Shown: positions 40,613-52,640, counted from the first letter of the whole stretch. The stretch is DNA of 61,414 nt, filler included, from Pirum gemmata (GCA_002812295.1; 19 parts of 19 records of this genome joined end to end with filler, not necessarily neighbours in it); one strand, 5' to 3'. A program made the numbers and translations. The notes: generated by a model not told the origin, from the letters alone.

Positions 40613-41398
40613 TAACGTCAATTTCCAGTCAAATACAGCTTCAAATACCTACTCCTCGACGTTAATTTCCAGTCAAATAGCACCTACCTACCTACCCCTT
40701 GACGTATATATTATTTGAACTCCCTACGGCACGCTGTTAGTAGCTGTTGGTACTAGGGAGCCTTCAAATAATACGTCACGTCAAGAGGTAGGTAGGTAGG
40801 TGGTATTTGACCGGAAATTAACGTCGAGGGGTAGGTAGGTAGGGGTATTAAATTTGAAGCTGTATTTGACCGGAAATTGGCGTTACGTAGTATTTGAAAC
40901 GCTCCCTTATGGTTGAAATTTCAAACTATTCATTCAAACCTATGAAATTACTTATATTTGAAAATTAAATGATTTTATTAGGAAGCCCAAAAGTTGGGCG
41001 TTTTTAAATTGTTTGTATCATAGTTTTTTTATTTCACCGTTTTTTGTTGGCTGCCACGGCAGTGTCGCCATCCCTCGCCATCACTCGCACGAACTCTCAC
41101 ACAGGGAGCTTTCAAATAATACGTCACGTCAAGGGGTAGGTAGGTAGGCGGTGTTTGACCGGAAATCAACGTCGAGGGGTAGGTAGGTAGGGGTATTTCA
41201 AGCTGTCCCTATCAGCTACATTGTACACACAAAGTTTATTATTTTTATTTTTAGGGAGCGTTCGAATAATACGTCACGTCAAGGGGAGGGTAGGTAGGCG
41301 ATATTTGACAGGAAATTAACGTCAAGGGGTAGGTAGGTAGGGGTATTTGAAGCTGTGTTTGACCGGAAATTGGCATTACGTAGTATTTGAACGCTCCC
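40613..41398. mobile_element. Cluster of four Tourist/PIF-Harbinger-like MITEs, family D (40613-40724 inverted, 40756-40906, 41104-41209, 41254-41398)
   Basis: TIR GGGAGCGTTC(G/A)AATA(A/C)TACGT. Copy 41254-41398 is flanked by TTA on both sides. Confidence 0.85.
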
Positions 41399-41762
41399 TT
41401 ACAGCGCTTTTCATTTATTTTGTCACCCCGAATATTTATTTGGCGGGTTATAATATTTAAATTGTTCTTTATTATTTAATTTTTAATAGCATATTATACC
41501 ATATTGCACTATTTGTAATATTAATACATGTATGTAGTTTTGTTGTTGTTGTTGTTTTTGCTGCTGTTATTGTTATTGTTGTTATTGTTATTATTATTGT
41601 TGTTGTTATTGTTGCTGTTGTTGTTGTTGTTTATTGTATGTTGTCGTATGTTGTTGTATTCTGTTGTATGCTGTTGTTGGATGTTGTTGTTGTTGTTGCT
41701 GTTGCTGCTGTTGTTGTTGTTGTTGTTGTTGTATGTTGTATGCTGTTGTTGGATGTTGTTGG

Positions 41763-41817
<55 letters not shown>

Positions 41818-41847
41818 ATGTTGTATGCTGTTGTTGGTTGTTGTTGG

Positions 41848-41879
<32 letters not shown>

Positions 41880-42293
41880 GNNNNNNNNNNNNNNNNNNNN
41901 NNNNNNNNNNNNNNNNNNNNNNNNTTAATTAATTAANNNNNNNNNNNNNNNNNNNNNNNNNNNNNNNNNNNNNNNNNNNNTTTTTTTTTTTTTTTTTTTT
42001 TAGACTAACTAATGTGCCGGATAAAAATGGCTTTTTTTAAAAAAAAAAAACAACTGAAAAGCAGTTTGAACTTTGAAAAGCACTATAAATTTAATTAAAA
42101 TCTACAAATCAAAATCTACTACGATATATTATAACAGTATGATATAATTATAGTATAATTATATAAAATCCTGAATGTAAATCACATAATCCTATCACAT
42201 AATCAGTGTATGGGAGGTAGTGATGGGATATGATAATAATTTCGTAAGGAATTTGAATTACAGTGTTGGATGACATTATTTAATCTTGTCAAT

Positions 42294-42482
42294 TATAGTG
42301 CTTTTCATTTGTTTTGTCATTATAAAGTATACAATAGATAATGCCAAATTAATATGATATAAATCCATTTAATTTGATTTGGTATGTTTTATTATCTTTA
42401 TATTGATTTAAAAATGTCAATTTAAATACTATAACCCTCCAAATAAATATTCAGAGTGATAAAATAAATGAAAAGCACGATA
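42294..42482 (+). mobile_element. MITE family A, full-length
   Basis: TA-TAGTGCTTTTCA ... TGAAAAGCACGA-TA. Confidence 0.9.
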
Positions 42483-42582
42483 GTGATTACGTATTTTAAT
42501 ATTACCTAAAAAATCGGCTTGCAGTGAATACTTTTTGGAAATTGGACGCAATAAAATTTGCAATGTAGTCTAATGCCGTCTG

Positions 42583-42756
42583 ATTGTGCTTTTCATTTAT
42601 TTTTTCACTCTGAATATTTATTTGGTTGGATATGATATTTAAGGTGACGTTTTTTTAAATTAATAAATAGATAATTAAAATGCATTTTTAATTAAATTAA
42701 ATGGATTTATATTGTATTAATTTTTTTATGATGACAAAACAACTGAAAAGCACTAT
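42583..42756 (-). mobile_element. MITE family A copy
   Basis: Both TIRs present, in opposite orientation to the 42294 copy. Confidence 0.85.
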
Positions 42757-42770
42757 CATATTATAATATA

Positions 42771-43065
42771 TTTAAAAAAAAATGAACAATATGATTAGGT
42801 ATTAGGGAACATTCATTAATGACGTCACTTTTTGAAACATCCTTTTTCTAGATTTCCATTCAAATGGCTTAGATTGCAATCTGAAAGCTGAGAATTTTAA
42901 TTAGGTATTAGGAAACATTTATTAATGACGTCACTTTTTGAAACATTCTTTTTCGAGATTTCCATTCAAATGGCTTAGATTGCAATCTGAAAGCTGAGAA
43001 TTTTAATATAATAGGATTAGAAGGTGAGAAAGGTATGAGGTGTTGTGATGACGTCATTAATGTTG
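42771..43065 (+). repeat. Repeat family G with an internal 106-bp tandem duplication; inverted copy at 44084-44283
   Basis: GGGAACATTCATTAATGACGTCACTTTTTGAAACATCC..., with the reverse complement at 44200-44250. Confidence 0.8.
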
Positions 43066-43310
43066 GTGTTGGGCGCTGTTGGGGGGGTGATTTGTGGTTT
43101 GCTGGTCTGGGTCGTCTTTCAGATCATAGACTAAGACTACTGGTAGCAGATAGCCTAATGTTTGAAAGTTTCAAATCTATTAAATACTTATTACATTACT
43201 TATGTTCGAAAACTGAAAATTCTAGTGAAACACAAAAGTTGTACGGGCTGTTTGCTGGTTTGCACCAATATTATAATTAGCATTGATTATGATAGATACT
43301 AGCTAGCTAG

Positions 43311-43514
43311 AGTAGGGGTGAGATATCTACTGGAACTTTTTTAGTTTGTGTTTTACTAATAATAGCAGTTAAATAGCTTAAAATAGTAAATTAAATTATA
43401 ATAGATACTAATTAAAGTAATAATATTAACATTATTAGTAATAAAAATCATAAAAATCGGAAAAGTTCCAGAAGCTGTTCGGTAATAATAAAATGACGTC
43501 ATCTCACCCCTACT
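43311..43514 (+). mobile_element. MITE family C copy
   Basis: Same TIRs and interior as 39652-39851. Confidence 0.9.
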
Positions 43515-43840
43515 GGCAGTGCCCAACTTCCAACTGATCAAAAATTTGGATGAAAGAATAAATTCTATTCTTATTGGACAAACCTCATCAGTTTGAGCTC
43601 AATTTTATTAATTAGAATTTGGAAATATCTGCAAACATTGGATTAGAAATATTAGAAACTTAGAACTTTTGTAAATTTCTAAATTTGTCTGAAAAATGAC
43701 TAAATCGACTCTGATTGAACCGATTTCTTTAATTTCCCCCCCCCCCCTTTTTTTTATGCTTTTTTTTCTTGTATGATAGTAATTAAAAAACATCTAGTAA
43801 TAAATAATAGAGTGTAAATATTATTATGATCATAACTATA

Positions 43841-44054
43841 GGAGGGATGAGATGACGTCATCTTACCAATTGGATGCTCGGACCGGCGAACTTCCAGAAA
43901 TTTNGTATAATGAACTCTTTTTAAAGTAACTATTTAAATAGGTAGTTACTAAATAAATAATTACAAATACTAAATATGGTAAGGCGAAACAGGCGAACAA
44001 CACTTACTTTGTGCCTCGGTCAAAAAAGTTCGCCATAAGAGTTCTCACCCCTCC
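43841..44054 (+). mobile_element. MITE family B with both ends
   Basis: TA-GGAGGGATGAGA ... TCTCACCCCTCC-TA. Confidence 0.9.
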
Positions 44055-44702
44055 TATAACTATGATCATCATAATTATACTGCAGGAACTTTAACTAATG
44101 ACGTCATTTTAACACTACAGACACTTCTTCTACCTTCTGACTCTATCAGATGGAAATTCTAAGCTTTCAGATTACGATATAACTATTTGAAAATGGAAAT
44201 CTCGAAAAAGGATGTTTCAAAAAAGTGACGTCATTAATGAATGTTCCCTAATACTCCCTAATCATATTGTTATTTTTTTTAATTTTGTAAAATTTAATTG
44301 TTATTTTTTTTATTTTATTATTTAATTGTTATAATATTTTTTAATCATATATTTTTTAATTTATATTGTTATGCTCTTTCGCTCTAGTGCTCTTTCGGTT
44401 TTAGTAGTCATCGTACCACTGTTATGATTCATAGGTAACATAGAATACACGAAATCACTAATTTTACTAAGTAAAAAGGTAAAAAGAGTAATAATGCTTG
44501 TTGCAAATTATTGCTGTTGTTGCTGTTATTGATGTTTTTTGATGTTGTGATTTTATTTTTGATTTATTTTTAAAATGTTTTTACCATTTTATTATTGATA
44601 ATATATTTCAATTTTTTTAGAAGTTCAGATTCTTTAGAATGGAAGAGTGGCAGTGTTGTGACCTAAAAAGGTGTTGTGACTGTGTTATGATCAATAATAA
44701 TA

Positions 44703-44878
44703 ATGCGCGTTTCATTTAAAAATATTTATTTGGTTGATTATAATATTCAAATTGATATTTTTAAATTAATAAATATATAATAAAATATACCAAATTAAAT
44801 AAAATGGACTTATATTGTATTAATTTGGCACTCTTTATTGTACATTTTATGATGACAAAACAACTAAAAAGCACGATA
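44703..44878 (-). mobile_element. MITE family A copy, immediately followed by another (44882-gap)
   Basis: Conserved interior and AAAAGCACGATA end. Confidence 0.8.
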
Positions 44879-45308
44879 TAATATTGTGCTTTTCATTTAT
44901 TTTGTCAATCTGAATACTTATTTGGAGGGTTATAATATTTAAATANNNNNNNNNNNNNNNNNNNNNNNNNNNNNNNNNNNNNNNNNNNNTTAATTAATTA
45001 ANNNNNNNNNNNNNNNNNNNNNNNNNNNNNNNNNNNNNNNNNNNNTATATATATTTATATATATGTACTTTGTGTTTTGTTATTGTTATTGCTATTGCTA
45101 CTATATATTATTATTATTATTGTTATTATTGTTATTATTGGTATTGTTATTGTTATTGGTATTGTTGTTACTATTATGTAATCCAGATTTAGAAAACCGA
45201 TAACACATGCATTCAATAAAAAATATGAATACGTAGAATATTATTATGTACGTTTATTAATTATATATGTAATATATATTGTTATTGCTTTTGTTGCTGT
45301 ACAATATA

Positions 45309-45352
<44 letters not shown>

Positions 45353-45429
45353 ATTGCTTTTGTTGTTGTTACTGTTATTGCTATAATATTCTAGCCCACC
45401 ATTGTATAGTTTTTTCTGCTTGTTGTTTG

Positions 45430-46060
45430 TTATGCAGATATCAAATGTGTCAGTGTTACCGGTTGTGTAAATTTCAAAGTCACGGTTTCATTAATATTAC
45501 CCATAGTAGCATCGCACTTAATTTCGTAATTATCGCCTTCTGGGAGATGCGGGAAATCCCATCGAATCAAGACTAGTTCGAAACTTTCGAAATTTTTCAA
45601 TGTAATTTTTAAAAGTAGATTCGTTTTGATTTCATTAAAAAATTCTTAAAAAAATTCTTAGAAATTTCATAGAAAAAACTTGAAACTCGAAAAAAAAGAA
45701 TATCATTTCAAAATTATCACTGTTTCATAATTATGATCGAGCTGTTTGATTCGATTATGTTTTATCTCCCTGCACCAGAGTCGGCGGAGCCGTCTTTACA
45801 ATTACTACCGCCAAACCAAATCGATTTAACTTTATAACCATCATTATAACTATAAGTAAGACGAGACGCATCTTTAGTAAAAGTGTCATTAATTTTGATA
45901 TCATTTAAAACTAAAGTGCTTGTGATATAAATATACGTGTGAACCAATGTCCAGTTTTTAATAATAGTAAGTTAGCATTGAAGGTTTATCGTATAAAGAA
46001 ATTTTAAAAAAAGTTTTTAAAAAAGTGATTTCTCCAGTTTTATTCGGTAGTGGCGAGAAA
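45430..46060 (-). pseudogene. Coding remnant interrupted by MITE family E and frameshifted
   Basis: Removing 45561-45763 joins ...GSADSGAGR to WDFPHLPEGDNYEIKC...HLISA* in frame. There is another frameshift near 45960. Confidence 0.65.
45561..45763 (+). mobile_element. MITE family E copy inside a reading frame
   Basis: Collinear with 13727-13928. Confidence 0.85.
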
Positions 46061-46398
46061 TAATAATAAAAAAATAATAATAATAAATAATAATAATAAT
46101 AATAATAATTAATAATTAATAATAATAATAATAATAAAATCATAATTAATCGATACGAATCATCATCGCTTATGATTAATTATTATGATTATTTATCAAT
46201 TAGACTATTATAAATAACTATTATTGAAAGACTTTGCCTGCTGATTGTAAACAAGGGGGTAATTCAATTTGCATTTGGTATAATAAGATCTAGAATACTA
46301 AGTATACATGTGCATACAGTTCATGAACAGACTTGAAAAAATGATCTTTTTAATTAGAGATGATGGTCGTTCTAACAGTTGTGCTACTTTTAATAGTC

Positions 46399-46504
46399 CC
46401 CTAACCGTAACGCTAACGCTAACGCTAACGCTAACGCTAACCCTAACCCTAACCCTAACCCTAACCCTAACCCCTAACCCTAACCCTAACCCTAACCCTA
46501 GCCC
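46399..46504 (-). repeat. (CGCTAA)n then (CCCTAA)n tract
   Basis: Read directly from the sequence. Confidence 0.95.
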
Positions 46505-46695
46505 TTTTAATTAATTAATTAAAAAACTAAAAAACAAGATAATTAGAAAAATTTTAATTAAACGGTGAGATGATGAATATGAATAATAATGTGATTATGA
46601 TTTTGAATATCCGATTATGATTTATTTATTTTTATTGTTTTTTGAAGTAAATCTTATTTTATAATAGTATTGTTTCTTACGTTTGATCCGTTTTT

Positions 46696-47898
46696 TTAAC
46701 ATGTACAACATTCTGTATACAGACAAGCTAAAATTCTTTTAATGCCTAACAGAATTAAATACAGCATGCACGCAACCAACGCTAAAATAGGAAAGGATAG
46801 AAATAACAAATTAATAGCGTAAGTTACCGCGAGTAATATAAAGCCTGTCCCATGAGAAAATTTACTAGGATAATTATGAAGCAAAGAATGTCGTTCACTT
46901 GGGACAGGGAAAAAATTTTCTTGATTCCAACTTGAAGTAGTACTAGTAGAACAACCCTCATATCTCGTTCTCCCTCTAGAGTCCTTAACACGTTTAGCAT
47001 ATTTTGTACAAGACGTGGAGTAGGATGCGTAATATTTATGCAAATCTTCTTGATCACCTGCACATAACATTTTCAAAGGTATACCAAGATTGAGGCTCGT
47101 ATCTTTTTTGTTTTCCAATCTCCACTTACTGTTATAAATACTAGTTAAACGGTCACCATTAAAATCGGCAACGTTCCCGCCGTACAAAAAGACAATCACT
47201 GTGGACGTCAAAAATGCAAACAAGACCACATTATAGAATAAATTAAAATACATATTTCCTGTGGGATCAAGTGATTCTTGTACGTCTAATTTGATAAAAT
47301 AGTAATTTAATATTAATTGTAAACATAAAAGACATAGAATAAATATTATCAAGCAAAAGATGACATATAGAAAACCAGTTTGATCTCTTGTGAGGTTTAA
47401 ATCATAACAATGCTCGCCTGATTTTATTTGATCATTATATAATTGATCATGAAGTAAACCCGGGCATCCTGTCGTGTTCGTGTAATTACTAGTTGGGTTT
47501 CCAGTATTACTAATGCAATATTTTTTAAGCCCCATAGTAAAACTTACGTTTTCATTATTGGGTGCTGTAGTCGTGGCCCATTCGTTGCTAGCCAATGAAA
47601 TTGAAAGTAAAATTATTTGTAAAACAGTCATTATGACACAGAATCCATTAATAAGGCACCAAAAGATTGTTGAAGAAGAAAAATATAATTTATACTCACT
47701 ATTATTTATATTATTATTAGCACAGTCATTATTTGAACTTAGTGTTTCATCATCATTGTCATCGTTAGACTGGAAGTGGGAGGAGAGTGTGCTGGGTACA
47801 TCGATCACTGGGATAGAATCTCCATCTTGTTCCAATGTATAAGAAGGTGGAGCATAGTCTGGTTTGTTGGTAGAAGGTTGTTGTTTGATTATATCCAT
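46696..47898 (-). CDS. Claudin/PMP22-like tetraspan membrane protein (400 aa)
   Basis: Four hydrophobic segments. The first loop SLASNEW...MGLKKYC...C...C resembles the W-GLW-C-C signature. Large Cys-containing second loop and a Cys-rich C-terminus. Confidence 0.7.
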   Translation of the reverse strand: MDIIKQQPSTNKPDYAPPSYTLEQDGDSIPVIDVPSTLSSHFQSNDDNDDETLSSNNDCANNNINNSEYKLYFSSSTIFWCLINGFCVIMTVLQIILLSISLASNEWATTTAPNNENVSFTMGLKKYCISNTGNPTSNYTNTTGCPGLLHDQLYNDQIKSGEHCYDLNLTRDQTGFLYVIFCLIIFILCLLCLQLILNYYFIKLDVQESLDPTGNMYFNLFYNVVLFAFLTSTVIVFLYGGNVADFNGDRLTSIYNSKWRLENKKDTSLNLGIPLKMLCAGDQEDLHKYYASYSTSCTKYAKRVKDSRGRTRYEGCSTSTTSSWNQENFFPVPSERHSLLHNYPSKFSHGTGFILLAVTYAINLLFLSFPILALVACMLYLILLGIKRILACLYTECCTC

Positions 47899-48725
47899 TG
47901 TAAATTTTTAATACTTTTATATTTCTGTGTTTTTTTTTTATTATTATTATTTGCTTTTTTGGTCTATATTATATAACTTTTTCTGTACAATTCGTTTTTA
48001 TTTTGTGCACTTTTTTTTCTAGCTGTTNNNNNNNNNNNNNNNNNNNNNNNNNNNNNNNNNNNNNNNNNNNNTTAATTAATTAANNNNNNNNNNNNNNNNN
48101 NNNNNNNNNNNNNNNNNNNNNNNNNNNTTTTTTTCTCTCGGACCCGAACGGACATGTCCGTCGAAGGGCCGAACCGAACGAACACAGACAAGAAGGAAAG
48201 TCGGACCTGACATCACTGAACATTATACACTATTATATTGATATAATAACAAATATTATATTGCTTCAGTGCAGTTCAGGGCAAAAATTCGAGTGTATTT
48301 AAAAAAAAAAAAAAAATTATAATAATATATTGATTTATCAATATTAAATTTTTATAAATCGAATATTCTCACAACCTACAGCTCACAACACCTAATAAAT
48401 TGTGAAAGAGGAATTAGGATGCATTATGTGTATATACATATATAAATCATATAAATCATAAAACCCGCGAAATTAGAGTAAAATTGGTATCTAGATATAA
48501 TATTAATATATTAAATTATGTTAAATTTTATTTCCAATAAATTAAAAGGACTGCTAGACATTCAGTCCATTTTAAAAACTTTCGGTCGACATTATATTAT
48601 CAATCGTAGGTTAATCCGTTTAGGTATTATCTTGGTGTTAGTGTAACTTTGAATTTGGTGTGTTGTTGCAAAATTGGTGACATTGTTGCTGTTGCTGTTG
48701 CTGTTGTTGTTGCTGTTGTTGTTGC

Positions 48726-48762
<37 letters not shown>

Positions 48763-48835
48763 GNNNNNNNNNNNNNNNNNNNNNNNNNNNNNNNNNNNNN
48801 NNNNNNNNNNNNNNNNNNNNNNNNNNNNNNNNNNN

Positions 48836-48945
<110 letters not shown>

Positions 48946-49059
48946 AGTAATAGTAAATAATTGTTATGATTACTATCATTGATTAATAATGTACCACCAT
49001 ATTGTGCAATACAAACACGTTGATGTGGAAACAACAAAACATTCTGTGCGAGTATAGGC

Positions 49060-49146
49060 CTCGCTAAAAACTACAATCGAGCAAGTCTCGCTAAACACTT
49101 TCGAGCAAGTCTCACTAAACACTTTCGAGGTTAAGTCTTGCTAAAA
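49060..49146. repeat. ~24-bp minisatellite, 3-4 copies
   Basis: TCGAGCAAGTCTC(G/A)CTAAACACTT units. Confidence 0.8.
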
Positions 49147-50085
49147 TCTTCATTATGTAAAAACCCTTACTGCTCACTCTTGGTTATCGTAGTTAGTTCA
49201 AAGGAGGGAAGGTAAGTGAAAACGTTACTAGACCGGGTTGCGTGAGCCCGAACATCGATCCGAACATCTTCAACTCGACACCATTAGAAAGACAAACAAG
49301 GCCTTCTTCTTCAATAAAGACACATTTTAATTAATTAATTAAAATTGAAAAAAATAATAATAATTTACTGTTATCATTAAACGTATAGTGTTAGTGTTAA
49401 CGTTAAAGTTAACGTTAATTCTAGCTAGAGTCATGATGGTTGTTTTTTTGGGTAAGGCGAGGGTATAATTAAAATCTTTTAATTAAAGGTTAGAATTAGG
49501 TTTGGGAGGTTGGGATAAGGGTCAAAATGTTAAGCTTTAGGGCTAGGTTTAATAAGTTATATACTAGAGTATACTAGCTAGGGTTATGAGTTAATCCAGA
49601 GGAAAATATTATATATCAATTTGTCTTACATCTTTGAAAAAGTTAACACACACACACACAACACACACGCACACACGCACATAGAAACACATCCATATAT
49701 AATATACACACATAGACACACACAACACCGACACACACACATACATACATTAATAATAGCCCTAAGGATTCCTAAGGCCCCTTACCCAATAATAATAAAA
49801 AACAAACAAACAAAAAAAATGTGTCAGAGTATGAGCAGTATGAACTGCAGTATGATATAAATATTTAAACAATAATTTTCAAAAAAAAAAATTAAAAAAA
49901 AAATAAAGTTCAATTAATTAAAAAGTATACTTTTAACAAATCGTTTAATTTATTAAACAATTTACTTTATTCTTTTTCGTATTGTAATTCTCACATAATA
50001 GCGTGATATTGATTACGGTAATTGTAAATTTTAAAAATTGGTTTTTTTTTTTTTTTTCCAATCTATTATAATATTATATACCACA

Positions 50086-50815
50086 ATGCTGACCTTTATA
50101 ACATTATTATCAACTTTGACGTTATTAGTGACAATACAAATCTCAATAATGGAAGCGGCAATAACAACGCAATTTCCACCTACCGATACCCCTTCCTTAT
50201 CCCCAGGTACAGGTAATAAACCAACCTATTAACTCAACACCCAACACCCAGCACCCCAGCCCCTTAATTAAGCTTGTTTCCCCTTTCAATCCTAGTTAAC
50301 TCTAACCCTGAACTCTTGTAAATCCCTTAAAACCCCTAATTAACTCTAATTCTAACCCCACACCTTTCCTAACCCTGACCCTTCATCGTGCTATCCCTAA
50401 ACCTTAGTATAAGTCTTAAAGTCTAATCGACTCTAACTCTAACCCTTTTTAAAACCCATGGCCAGTTAACCCCAACCCTGAAATTATAACTGTGTAACCC
50501 AAATTAACTCCACTCTTATTCCTAACCTCTAACAAGCTTTTTTGGAGAGTGAATCTGGTGATAACCTTAACTCAGACATTAGTAATGAAAACGATTTAGA
50601 AGCAATAAGACATCGTAATTATGTGTTACAACAACAACACCGACTATTAGAGGAGCAAATTTTAGAAATTACTAATCGTTTACATTCGAGTGAAGGACAG
50701 CGTCAATTATTAGAACAACAACAAGACGCACTCGAAAATTACGAGGAAAGTGAAATTATAAGATCATTACAACAGCCAATTATACGAAGGTTTACCGGAA
50801 TATTAGATGAATATG
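50086..50815 (+). CDS. 5' part of a spliced gene: exon 50086-50212 plus exon 50537-50815, coiled-coil region
   Basis: Donor G|GTAATA at 50213 and acceptor AAG| at 50536 are both phase 1, joining ...SPGT-A-FLESESGD...QQQHRLLEEQILEI. The next donor GTATGT is at 50816. The start could be ATG 50149. Confidence 0.6.
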
Positions 50816-51195
50816 GTATGTGATAGCGATTCATAAATTTACACTTATTACTATTAATATTGCTATTATTATTATTATTATTATCATTTTTGTTATCTTT
50901 ATTGTAACTGTTTTTATTTTTGTTATTTCGCATTGTTATAAATTAAATGTTGTTCTTGTTTTTTGGTTTTTATTCTTGTTTATTGTTATTGTTAATATTG
51001 TTATTGTTTATTGTTTATTATTATTGATATTAATGTTATTGTTATTAATATTAATATTGTTATTGTTATAGTTATTTATCATTATTATTATTATTNNNNN
51101 NNNNNNNNNNNNNNNNNNNNNNNNNNNNNNNNNNNNNNNTTAATTAATTAANNNNNNNNNNNNNNNNNNNNNNNNNNNNNNNNNNNNNNNNNNNN

Positions 51196-51344
51196 TAATA
51201 ATAATAATAATAATTATAATGATAATAATGCCCATGACAGCAAAAATGACGAAGGCAATAACAAAATTAAAAAAGAAAGTAATATTAACAATAATGATAA
51301 CAGTAATGATAGTGATAAAAAAGAAACTATTAGCAATAGTAAAA

Positions 51345-51375
<31 letters not shown>

Positions 51376-51571
51376 GAAAAATGATGAAGATAATGAAAAT
51401 AATGAAAACAATGTAAAAGATGATGAAAAAGATCATGGTTTGATAGCACGGTCTTATTGTTCAAAATTGAGAATTTCCATCTTATCCAAGATTCCTAGTT
51501 ATAATCGTCAAGGTCGGGCCTGTATTAACGAGGCTGTAAATTATTTAGAACAAAATTGGATTATTGATTAG
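51196..51571 (+). CDS. C-terminal fragment of an unknown Asn/Asp-rich protein
   Basis: The frame is open from the scaffold edge and ends in the complex sequence HGLIARSYCSKLRISILSKIP...LEQNWIID*. Confidence 0.5.
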
Positions 51572-51769
51572 TATTGTTAACAGTTTTAAAAATTGAAGTA
51601 TTGGTGATTATAAATATTAGCTGTTTATTTTTATTTTTATCTTTTATCTTTTTGTTATTGTTATTGTTATTTCTTTTTGTTTGTTTGTTTGTTTGTTAGT
51701 TTGTGTGTTGTTTTTATTGTTATGATTATTGGTTCTATGCTTGTGGTTAGGACTACGGTTATGATAATG

Positions 51770-52640
51770 GTAATGGTTTTGGTTTTGGCTGTGGTCGTGG
51801 TTATGATTATGATTTTAGTTATGTTATGGATATGGATATGGATATGAATATGGTTATGGGTATGGTTATGGATATGGATATGGTTATGGTTATGGTTATG
51901 GTTATGGTTATGGTTATGGTTATGGTTATGGTTATGATTATGTTTATCAATATATTTTTGTTTATGTTTATGTTTATGTTTATGTTTATGTTTATGATTA
52001 TGATTATGATTATGATTATGATTATGATTATGATTATGANNNNNNNNNNNNNNNNNNNNNNNTGGTTATGGTTATGGTTATGGTTATGGTTATGGTTATG
52101 GTTATGGTTATGGTTATGGTTATGGTTATGGTTATGGTTATGGTTATGGTTATGGTTATGGCTATGGTTATATATAGCCCAAATCCTTACACTCCCAGTT
52201 AACCCAAACCCCAACCCCAACCCCCTAACTCTAATCCTAACACTAATCCTAACCCTAACCTTAACCTTAACCCTAATCCTAATCTTAATCCTAACATTAA
52301 TCCTAACCCTAACCCTAACCCTAACTCTTAACTCTAACTCTAACTCTAACTCTTATCATCAGTCCTTAACCTCTAACCTAATAGCTATAACCCTAACCTT
52401 AATCCGTTCATCACTATTACACCATAACCCACATTTGACAAATTCGACCTTCAATCCAAATTTTTATTGTATGATAGAAGTATTTAGAAAATAAATAGTT
52501 CATAAATGTGTCCATAAAAAGTACCTAACCCTAACCCTAACCCTAACCCTAACCCTAACCCTAACCCTAACCCTAACCCTAACCCTAACTCCAACTCCAG
52601 CTCCAACTCCAACTCCAACTCTTAACTCTAACTCTTACTC
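51770..52640. repeat. Hexamer microsatellite array: (GGTTAT)n variants followed by (CCCTAA)n tracts
   Basis: Read directly from the sequence. Perfect CCCTAA run at 52524-52589. Confidence 0.9.

Noticed and set aside
43530..43600. Hammerhead ribozyme (CTGATGAG on the minus strand)
   Set aside because: No stem II followed by GAAA could be built.
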